From the NCBI GenBank assembly GCA_030867685.1, contig JAQOWU010000008.1, positions 558,001 through 622,000 on the forward strand: a DNA stretch of 64,000 nt. Reading direction: 5' to 3'. The DNA is from Wickerhamiella versatilis (Eukaryota). Below are positions 50,290 to 58,839 of this stretch, in pieces (position 1 is the first letter of the stretch; every line of letters begins with the position of its first letter). The position numbers were made by a program, and so were the translations under genes. A model generated the notes under the pieces. It did not search any database and was not told the DNA's origin. It saw nothing but the letters and a program-made list of their open reading frames with translations.

Positions 50290-52686
50290 TCATAGTAATG
50301 TACGCCTAGGATCATCGAAGCGGTATACAACTCCTCCTGACATGCTAGCATCCTCGCGCTCGCATATGCCAGATTGCTCGTCAGAGTTTCTTGTCTGTGT
50401 AACTGCTAAAGGATGGTGATCAATCCTATCTGGCTCCTGGATTGCTTGATAAGAACCGCTCTTTACGATACCTTCATCCTTCAGAGATGAACTGGATAAC
50501 GAATCCCTGCTTGAGTCATGTGAACTGTCCAATATAACCCTATCAAGTCGTTTAACCAAAGCAGGATTTTCATAGCATTCACCCAAGCTCCATCCACTCC
50601 GCACCTTTGGTTCTTCCGATTTGATGCCATCTGTGATTTCTTCGGATTCCTCCTCACTGGTAATACAAAATTCAAAGTGAGAATCAAATTTTGCATATGT
50701 CCAGATTTTGAATATGATTACAGTTAGCACCAAAGGTATAGTGGCAACAGCATACTGCCATCCGCCTTGAACCCATACTACACAAAGCAACATGAGATTT
50801 CCGAATCCGACAGAAAAGAGAATCATGTTGTTGACAAGTGGCCAGAATGAGCCGTTGGATTCATACTTCGTTATGTGTGAGTACATAAAAGTGTATTTTT
50901 TCAATGGAAATGCAATCGTGAAATATATCAATACACAAGGTAACACAAGAGGTTGTATAGAAGTGAATCCAAATGCAATTGTTGCTTGAAAAATGATGTT
51001 TAGATATTGACGAGCATATTCATAGGGTACAGGTTGCTGGCTCTCAATATCTTCTCTTGGTGTGGGATTGTGCCATAAGAAGTGAGCACTCTTCAGGAGC
51101 CTGACAGACTGGATCATGTCCCAGGCTAGACCTAGAACACCACGTAGCAAATACATCACCCAAAAGCTTGATAGATTGACTATTGCTGTCGCAATTCTTG
51201 ATGGAATCCTAAGAGTATGCCATACTTCTGAGAAGCTGGTATGCGATGAGTTAACCACCACCAAAACTTGAGCAATAATATCCCAAATGACCCCCATAAC
51301 TGAGAAAATAAAATAGTTGTCGAAGAAATAGAAGACGTAAAGTTTCCTTAGTACCTCTTTTTCTCTGTCATTTCTGGTAATTTTCCCCTGCCATCGACTG
51401 AACCTCCGAAAAAGTAGGGGAAGGACGCAGAAAATGGAGTTCGTAATGAGTGGGGCAAGAAAACCTTGTATAATACCAAATATAACTTTGTGTTGGTTCA
51501 TTGCCACTCCAAATGCAGGCCATACAGTTGCCAAACGGCTCAGGTTGGAAATAAAACAACTAATAAAGGCGTTGGGAACGATCCAGCAGACTAAAAATGC
51601 ACCATATAATACGTTGACCCAGGCTTGTTTTTGAGCCCTTGAGATCTTGTTCAGGGACAAATTTTCCCATATAATTTCTTCTGGTTGGGGCGCTAGACGC
51701 ACCTTACACTTGCCCTCTAACACATATTTATGGCGCTTAGCCATCTGAACCATATTTTGTGCTGTTATTTGTTGCTGGAATGATACAAATGCAAAAGATT
51801 GCGGTTTCTTGTGCTCATGAACTCTTTGCCGCTTATCCAATATTGCGATTTCGTAGTTGTCGCATACATTCTGCCAATAATCTATGGCGTCACCACCCTT
51901 ATATACGGGCCGTGATCCGGTTTTTTCGAATTTCAATAGGCAGTGCTCCAGTTTGCGAATTGACTTCGAATGAACTCTCAGCAATTCCTCTAAGTCTTCC
52001 ACAGAATAACCGAGAGACACACCTGAGGGTTTATCAATCAGTGCACACATCTTGGCTACTGTCTTTATATTCCGACATTTCTTTGGGAGATCCAGTAAAA
52101 GGATACTCCTATTCGAAAGCGTACAGTGCTCCGGAGACATAATAACCTTTCTTCGAGCTTTAAGTATCTCACGTGATGTTCGCCATACGAAAATGAAAAT
52201 AACCAAATTTGAAACCCATCCCAGAACGACATGCGTGGTTATGGGCAGTCCCCCAACATAAATAGGTGTAGTCAGAAGAAGTGCATCTTTACGCGATAAA
52301 TTCTCAGCGAAGCTGCTCCGGTAATTGAAGGTCACATCAACCGCGATAGCGCACGAGCAAATAATGATAGTCAATATGATGAAAATATTCCTCAGCATTT
52401 TGAGAATCCGGAGGTAAACCGCAGCATCTAGCCCTATGCGCAGAATGCATTCGTCCTCAGTGGCTTGGAAAGTATTGGCAATGCATGCCCTTAATTTACA
52501 GGTAGTGCCACCTTTAACGGCAAAGATATTCCGAAATTTATGCCAAAGACTTAGCCATATGAGCAGAATTAACAATGCGCCCCCCAACGAGAGTATTAGG
52601 CCTGCATATATTGCTGAAGTGGATAGTTGAATTCCATCCAAAGACGATCGAAGTTGTTGAAGAACAAGTTCCCCGGCATCGGTCAT
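50290..52686 (-). CDS. CSC1/OSCA/TMEM63 (DUF221) calcium-permeable channel family protein
   Basis: GLDAAVYLRILKM, FAFVSF, APQPEEIIWENL, YESNG.FWP; many TM segments. Confidence 0.88.
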   Translation of the reverse strand: MTDAGELVLQQLRSSLDGIQLSTSAIYAGLILSLGGALLILLIWLSLWHKFRNIFAVKGGTTCKLRACIANTFQATEDECILRIGLDAAVYLRILKMLRNIFIILTIIICSCAIAVDVTFNYRSSFAENLSRKDALLLTTPIYVGGLPITTHVVLGWVSNLVIFIFVWRTSREILKARRKVIMSPEHCTLSNRSILLLDLPKKCRNIKTVAKMCALIDKPSGVSLGYSVEDLEELLRVHSKSIRKLEHCLLKFEKTGSRPVYKGGDAIDYWQNVCDNYEIAILDKRQRVHEHKKPQSFAFVSFQQQITAQNMVQMAKRHKYVLEGKCKVRLAPQPEEIIWENLSLNKISRAQKQAWVNVLYGAFLVCWIVPNAFISCFISNLSRLATVWPAFGVAMNQHKVIFGIIQGFLAPLITNSIFCVLPLLFRRFSRWQGKITRNDREKEVLRKLYVFYFFDNYFIFSVMGVIWDIIAQVLVVVNSSHTSFSEVWHTLRIPSRIATAIVNLSSFWVMYLLRGVLGLAWDMIQSVRLLKSAHFLWHNPTPREDIESQQPVPYEYARQYLNIIFQATIAFGFTSIQPLVLPCVLIYFTIAFPLKKYTFMYSHITKYESNGSFWPLVNNMILFSVGFGNLMLLCVVWVQGGWQYAVATIPLVLTVIIFKIWTYAKFDSHFEFCITSEEESEEITDGIKSEEPKVRSGWSLGECYENPALVKRLDRVILDSSHDSSRDSLSSSSLKDEGIVKSGSYQAIQEPDRIDHHPLAVTQTRNSDEQSGICEREDASMSGGVVYRFDDPRRTLL

Positions 52687-52759
52687 GAAGTAATAATGCA
52701 AAAGCTGGTAATCTGTTCCTTGGACGTCAAAATATAACAACTTATCGCTTACTCAGTGC

Positions 52760-52777
52760 TGGTGGTACGTACCACCA
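52760..52777. repeat. Perfect 18-bp palindrome TGGTGGTACGTACCACCA
   Basis: Equal to its own reverse complement. Confidence 0.9.
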
Positions 52778-53050
52778 AGCCATAAGCCCCCCATTTCTCA
52801 CCCCCCATCCCTTTTCGGATTTTGGGGACGCGTCGCGTGTTATGTCATCACCAAGTTACAAATATAGTTTGCAAAAAAAGCAACTATCATATGCATATTA
52901 CGGTATTTATATGACTTCTTTTTACTATTCCCGAAATCTAGGGAATAATGTGAACGAATTACTGCCAGCAGTTTATTCCTTCGCAAACAAAAAAAAATCA
53001 AGAATGGACATCTGCCAATAAATTTAGCCCATAGGTTTCCTACGCTTCAC

Positions 53051-54064
53051 TCAAAATGCTTTCTTTAGAGCTTTTTTTAGTTTTTCATGTCTCTCCTGGC
53101 GTATTTTTTTACATTGCATGATCAATAGCCTAGTACCGTTGTCGGGTATCAAGACTTGAGATGCTTCTAAATCCTCGAGCGCCTTTTGATCGTCACTATT
53201 TGCTAGGTAGCATTTTCCACGTCGATAAAGCGCCTTAGCCTTATCATTAGGAGAATTCTCCACCTCTGGCATACTTAAAGCGAAATTTGTGGCTTCGAGA
53301 GTGGTGTGGAAGTCGCCAGTTTTCAAACTGGCCAATGCTAGATTTTGCACCGACGAAATTTTCAGTTTTGTGAAAAGCTGAAGGTCTGAAGAAGACAGAT
53401 CGCTGGGGTAATACTTATGACAGTAGTGAAATGCCTTACGGAACTTCTTTGACGCATCTTGGTAGTTCTTCTGAGCAAAGAGTTTCTTGGCGATACACAT
53501 GATATCCTCGATTGCCTTGAAAACAGTTTCAGGGTGGGACTCGATAATTCTGGGCTCCTTGAAATACGAATCATTATAACTGTCACCTGAAGCATCTGCG
53601 ATAAAAGGGGTGGGTTCGTCCTTTCGTAAAAACCGTGCAGCATCAATTTTAGAGCGAATAAATTGTTTCCCAGTCACGATAAGTCCTATCGCAATGTAAG
53701 TGCCGTTATTTCTAGCATTTTCGAGTGGAATGACGAGACTTTGACCATCAGACGCTAAAACATAAGTTGACAGGGGAGGTGACTTCTCTACAAACGTTGG
53801 ATTAATCTCTAAATGGAAGTCCTTCAACACCAAATGGCGGCCCAATTGCACATTCTGCCCCTCTTCAAATTTGTGGCCTGGTAACTTGTCGAGATTGTCA
53901 AGAAGTTCTGCCTGCACCGAAGGAAATATATCATTGAACAATAAAACAGCCCACGAGCCATTCGACTGCTCATTCCTTGTGCTGGTCTGATCGAAAGTTA
54001 GAAGTATTCGTCTCGGAGGTCCATCTTGAGGTTCACTGAATTCCACAAGACGCTTCACATTCAT
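53051..54064 (-). CDS. Cyclophilin-40-like (Cpr6/Cpr7) TPR protein with degenerate cyclophilin domain
   Basis: C-terminal TPRs (AKKLFAQKNYQDASKKFRKA, NLALASLK, KAKALYRRG, KKALKKAF); N-domain keeps only LFNDIFP, IAIGLIVTGK and GDSY remnants. Confidence 0.72.
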   Translation of the reverse strand: MNVKRLVEFSEPQDGPPRRILLTFDQTSTRNEQSNGSWAVLLFNDIFPSVQAELLDNLDKLPGHKFEEGQNVQLGRHLVLKDFHLEINPTFVEKSPPLSTYVLASDGQSLVIPLENARNNGTYIAIGLIVTGKQFIRSKIDAARFLRKDEPTPFIADASGDSYNDSYFKEPRIIESHPETVFKAIEDIMCIAKKLFAQKNYQDASKKFRKAFHYCHKYYPSDLSSSDLQLFTKLKISSVQNLALASLKTGDFHTTLEATNFALSMPEVENSPNDKAKALYRRGKCYLANSDDQKALEDLEASQVLIPDNGTRLLIMQCKKIRQERHEKLKKALKKAF

Positions 54065-54088
54065 CCGTTGCTGTGTCAGCAGCGTGGC

Positions 54089-54769
54089 ATGAGTTTCATG
54101 CTGAGACTTCGACCTGCCTATCTCAAGTTATCATACCCCAGAGTACTGATATCTAGAAAATACTCGGTTACAAGCCCCAAGAAGAAGGATACATTACTTA
54201 CAATACCTAATTGTCTTAGCCTCGCGCGTCTAGCCACAGCCCCAGTGATTGGGATGCTGATCGTGAATAATTCACCTAGTGCAGCCCTCGGGCTCATGGC
54301 AGGTGCATGCGTGACTGACTTTTTTGATGGTTATATCGCTCGCAAGTTCAAAAAGCAGTCGGTTCTGGGCAGTATACTGGACCCCGCAGCCGACAAGGCA
54401 TTGATGATAAGCCTGGCATCTTGCCTAACGTATTCTGGAATAGTGCCATGGTGGTGTGGCACTGCAATACTTGGTAGGGACATTGCTCTCTTGATTTCAG
54501 CAATATTTGTGCGCTGGAGATCGCTCCCCCCTCCAAAAACATTTGTTCGGTACTGGGACTTCCGTATACCCAGTGTGCAGGTCAATCCCACAACGATATC
54601 TAAATGGAATACATTTTTCCAGATGGTATACTTGGGAGTTGCCCTTGCCTCTCCACTTGTAAAAATTCCAGGATTGGAAACACTGGCAATTTTAGTCACA
54701 GGAACCACTATAGCATCTGGAGTCTCATATTTGACTAGCCAGTCTGCATTAAAATTTATCCGTAAATAG
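54089..54769 (+). CDS. CRD1: Cardiolipin synthase (CDP-alcohol phosphatidyltransferase)
   Basis: TIPN.LS..R, TDFFDGYIAR...S.LG.ILDP.ADK, PT.ISKWNT; first ATG 54089. Confidence 0.93.
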   Translation: MSFMLRLRPAYLKLSYPRVLISRKYSVTSPKKKDTLLTIPNCLSLARLATAPVIGMLIVNNSPSAALGLMAGACVTDFFDGYIARKFKKQSVLGSILDPAADKALMISLASCLTYSGIVPWWCGTAILGRDIALLISAIFVRWRSLPPPKTFVRYWDFRIPSVQVNPTTISKWNTFFQMVYLGVALASPLVKIPGLETLAILVTGTTIASGVSYLTSQSALKFIRK

Positions 54770-54799
54770 TATCAACATGCAGAAACTTGAAACTTCTAA

Positions 54800-56380
54800 C
54801 TAACGACTAAACTGGATATCATCAATCCGTAAGATGCTCTTAACGCACTCGGAGGCTAGCGTTATGGCAGATGTATTCACAAGGACTGGTTGCAGTACGT
54901 GCTCGCTGGTGATATCAGCAGTGCCGCGGCGCATAGAAATTCCCGCGTTTCTTTCACCAAGACGATGCTTATTGCGGAGCTCTGTCACTGCTTCAATGGA
55001 ATTGATCCCTGCATTTTCAGCTAGAGTTGTAGGTATTACTTCCAAAGCTTCAGCATATTCTCTCCAACATGCAGCTTCAGCGCCAACTAAAGTATCAGCC
55101 TCTTGAGATAGAACACGCGCAACCTCAATCTCTGACGCACCACCACCTGCTATAAGAGCTTGTTCCCGGACAAGACAACGCACTACACAGAGAGCATCAT
55201 GAATGGATCTCTCAGTCTCATCTAACACAAGTTGGTTTGAACCACGGCATACAATGGAGCATGTACCGTTATTTGCGGGTAACCCTGTAAAGCGCAAGAT
55301 CTTAGCTTCAGCCTCCGTGACTTCCTCAACCAGGTCCGCTGAGCCTAACCGGTCTTCGCTGAATGATTCGATATCTGCTATGGGTTGACATCCAAATGTT
55401 TTTGATATAAAAGGAACCTCATCACGTTCTATATCCTTAACAACCATGATTCCCAACTTAGCCATAAAGTGCAAAGACATGTCATTTACAGCATCACGGA
55501 GAATGGATTTTTGAATAAGAACAACATTGCACTTATTCTTTTTTATAGTTTTGCAAATGTTAAGGAGGTACTGGCGCTCTTCTTTCAAAATCTTGTCCAT
55601 CTGACGATAGTCATTCACAACCACTTGATTTTCCAGGTCAGGCTTCGGTGGCGAGAGCTGGAACTGGATAAGAGCAATCCTAGCTTTTTCTATCCGCACT
55701 GGGCCACCACCACTTGTTACAACAGACTGACGTAGTACCATGCCATTAACCAAACTGGTATCATCTATTGTTCCCCCAAGTTTCTTTATCACGCGAATGT
55801 TATTTATGTTCACATCTTGAGGAGAAGAGGGGTCTACAACTTTCAAGACAGCATCAACACACAGTGGTGCCAGTTTGTCGCCACTTTGGGCAACAATCTT
55901 CGACGACAAAGAGGTCGAGGCAGCCTGGATCAACTGCTTCGGGTTCTTCAAAGCATCTATTTTCAGAGACATGTCCAGTATGATCTGTACTGCACGCTGC
56001 GCAGCCCTCTGAAATGATTCGGCAATTATCATGGGGTGAATACCGCGATCAAGAAGCCTTTCCCCGGCACCAAGAAGCGCACCTGCCAACACCACGACCG
56101 ACGTAGTACCGTCCCCAGTCTCAACATCCTGAGCAGCAGAGAGCTCTACCAGCATTCGAGCCGCTGGGTGCAAAACTGCCATATGCTCCAGTATGGTGTG
56201 CCCATCATTTGTGATTATAGTTTCGCCCTGTTTGGTCTTCAGCATTTTATCCATACCCTTCGGTCCTAGCGAGGTACGTATGGCATCTGACACAGCGCGT
56301 CCAGCCACTATATTGGACCTCCGAACCTCCTGCGGTTTCTCCTTGTCCTGAAATGTAGTGTTTGCAGGATTTGTGGCCAT
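54800..56380 (-). CDS. CCT4: CCT/TRiC delta subunit
   Basis: DKEKPQEVR.SNI, TSLGPKGMDKM, GDGTTSV, QFQLSPPKPD. Confidence 0.97.
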   Translation of the reverse strand: MATNPANTTFQDKEKPQEVRRSNIVAGRAVSDAIRTSLGPKGMDKMLKTKQGETIITNDGHTILEHMAVLHPAARMLVELSAAQDVETGDGTTSVVVLAGALLGAGERLLDRGIHPMIIAESFQRAAQRAVQIILDMSLKIDALKNPKQLIQAASTSLSSKIVAQSGDKLAPLCVDAVLKVVDPSSPQDVNINNIRVIKKLGGTIDDTSLVNGMVLRQSVVTSGGGPVRIEKARIALIQFQLSPPKPDLENQVVVNDYRQMDKILKEERQYLLNICKTIKKNKCNVVLIQKSILRDAVNDMSLHFMAKLGIMVVKDIERDEVPFISKTFGCQPIADIESFSEDRLGSADLVEEVTEAEAKILRFTGLPANNGTCSIVCRGSNQLVLDETERSIHDALCVVRCLVREQALIAGGGASEIEVARVLSQEADTLVGAEAACWREYAEALEVIPTTLAENAGINSIEAVTELRNKHRLGERNAGISMRRGTADITSEHVLQPVLVNTSAITLASECVKSILRIDDIQFSR

Positions 56381-56764
56381 TTAGCACTTTCGAAAACCGA
56401 TTACCTAATCTGCCTGGGTTGTTCTCTCCAGAACTAATCCAGTCGTAATTGTATGACTGTGGGTGGTGAGCGTTAGAAATTTTGAGATTCACATCTTAAG
56501 CTTCGCCATTCAACATGGGTAATTGCCATATACTGTTTACTGAATTGAGTATTCCTCTGAGAATCTGTACACGCTCTCACTTCCATTCACACAAATAAAC
56601 ATAAATTTATATAATCCTTAATTCGCTAACTAGCAAGGTCTTTAAATAACTGTGCGACAAAGTGGTGAAGCGTTGTTCGTATAGCTATCGATCATCAGAA
56701 AAGGGCTTAACCAGCTTATAATTTAGCAAGGGCCAAATAGTATGCATAAAAATTGACTGTATGT

Positions 56765-58207
56765 TTAATAGTCCTCATCCATAGTAGGAGGAGGAAATGG
56801 TTCTTCGCTTCCCAACAATGGACCAGAAGTGTAGTATAGCTTTGGTCTATACGCTGGATCAGCATCCATAATAGGGGAATTACGAAATTTCTTTATCAAA
56901 TTCTCGCGACCCTGATAATTCGCAAAGCTAACATCAATCACTTTTTCTGAATTGTAATGATTCCATTTGGCACCTCTGCGAGCAATAACAAACCTGCTTA
57001 TATGTTTCGGCTCGGTAAATGAAATGAACGCATACCCCACATTACACTTGTTGCCGAAATCAATACGAAGATAGAGAAAATCATATGTATATGCGTTCGT
57101 TTCGTCGAGAAAGGATTTGAGTGCTTTTTGGTCTACCTTGTTCGGAATGTTTCGAAGCATGACAGTGGTTCGCTTCTCGGTACCTTCAGCTATCGCATTA
57201 AGGTCAATATAATTACTCTCTCGCAACTTGGGCATAGCTTGATCCTTCCCCTGCATAGCGGTTAGAGTTACTTTTCCCACTGCTCCCACAGGTGTTGTCG
57301 TTGGTGTTACGGGCTGAGTCCCGCCAGTAACTAGTTTCTGTGATGAAGAAGGTACATCGTAAAATTTCTCCTGCGTCTTTATGTAGCGTTTTAGAAGGTA
57401 ACGACATGTCTTGAAATCTGGTACTGTTTGTGTGGAAGAGACACTTGATGCCGGGCTACCAGAAGGAATTACGAGTGGCGAGGCTGGGGCTTGAGCGCTG
57501 GAAGGCGAAACGCCAGATGTCCTATTGCTAGCAGAAGCGGTCCAAAAATTATCTGAATAAAATGCAGGTGTAGGGCCACTACCTCCCCAGAGGTTTTCGG
57601 AGACATAATCTGACACCATTGCTGGAGGGCTGGCATCATTTGTATAGCCTCGCCATTCCGGCTTCTCATGATCTCTTTGTTGGCCACGACAGACTTGAGA
57701 ATGCGGTAAATGCACTAGACTAGGTCGTAGACTGATAGGCCCAATTGATACGAACTGGGACGACGCAGTAATGGTACTACGGGTGTCCCAGTATATGCAG
57801 GTAGCTTGAGTCGCTGGCACCAACTTGCGCTCAATGTCCAGTTTATGAATCGATCCAAAACTACTGAGTTCATACTGCAACTGTTCATAACTTACGTTAG
57901 GGATTGGAATAGATAGAGTTACTCCAAGATCTTTGGTAGGCAAAGGATCTAATCTCACATGGGTCATAGAAGGGATTAGCCGAAGTTTCATAAGACAGCA
58001 CTGAGCCGCGCGCAAATCATAAAATGTGACAAGAGCACTCTTAGAAGGTGGCCATATTTCGCATTCCATGTCACCAAAGTATTGGAGGACATTCTTGAGA
58101 CTATCTTCAGTTGTGTCACGCGAGAGACCTGCAATTCTAATTCTTCTGCTATTGCAGACGCAGCTTCCGCCCGTGGATTCAACCTCTGGAAAGGGCTCAA
58201 AATTCAT
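56765..58207 (-). CDS. mei2: Mei2-like RNA-binding protein (Mei2-type RRM3 plus degenerate N-terminal RRMs)
   Basis: RTTVMLRNIPNK...YDFLYLRIDFGNKCNVGYAFISF...SEKV...ANYQG...KFRNS. Confidence 0.88.
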   Translation of the reverse strand: MNFEPFPEVESTGGSCVCNSRRIRIAGLSRDTTEDSLKNVLQYFGDMECEIWPPSKSALVTFYDLRAAQCCLMKLRLIPSMTHVRLDPLPTKDLGVTLSIPIPNVSYEQLQYELSSFGSIHKLDIERKLVPATQATCIYWDTRSTITASSQFVSIGPISLRPSLVHLPHSQVCRGQQRDHEKPEWRGYTNDASPPAMVSDYVSENLWGGSGPTPAFYSDNFWTASASNRTSGVSPSSAQAPASPLVIPSGSPASSVSSTQTVPDFKTCRYLLKRYIKTQEKFYDVPSSSQKLVTGGTQPVTPTTTPVGAVGKVTLTAMQGKDQAMPKLRESNYIDLNAIAEGTEKRTTVMLRNIPNKVDQKALKSFLDETNAYTYDFLYLRIDFGNKCNVGYAFISFTEPKHISRFVIARRGAKWNHYNSEKVIDVSFANYQGRENLIKKFRNSPIMDADPAYRPKLYYTSGPLLGSEEPFPPPTMDEDY

Positions 58208-58839
58208 TAAAAAACTGTGGAAGGTGTGATTAAGAATGACAAGCCTGTAAAGGTATGCGCCCGATCGAATTATTATTACGCTGCTGCATAGAAACCCGAG
58301 CCCATATGCATTTCACTAATTCCTATCAAAATTGGCCAAATCAATTGTTACGAGCATGGTACATGGCTCGAAATCGAATAATAAATATTTCCTAGTTGAT
58401 CATATAGCTATAGCTAATTTGCGCCTACCCCACACTCCGCTGTGCCAATTCTCATGAAACACCTGATTATATTCACGCTATAAGAGTCAATTGTTCATTC
58501 TGGAATAGTTCTGTTTTTTTTTCCTCAATTCATCTAAATTATGTATAGTCAATTCATATATGCGTCTTTTATTTCAATATAGATGAGTCATTCGCCATAT
58601 CTAGCTGCTTAGGAGCAGTGGCGCACATCTCGATTTAAATCCTAAGAACAAGGGCTGAAAATATTGATAATGGAATGATTCGAATCCTTGTTTTCCTGTG
58701 GAAACCTAAGCTGCAAGTCTAACCGCACTACCTAAGATCTCTGAAGTGAAACTATTACCCCCGTCGCTATGGTGGTTTGAAACATTGGCTGCTCACAAAT
58801 TAAGTAATGCATATTTGATGCTATTCGTCCCTTGACTAT

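Noticed and set aside
58676-58744. U24/snR24-like C/D snoRNA (ends AAGATCTCTGA)
   Set aside because: No canonical C box, imperfect guide and no second guide; likely chance, though a cmscan would settle it
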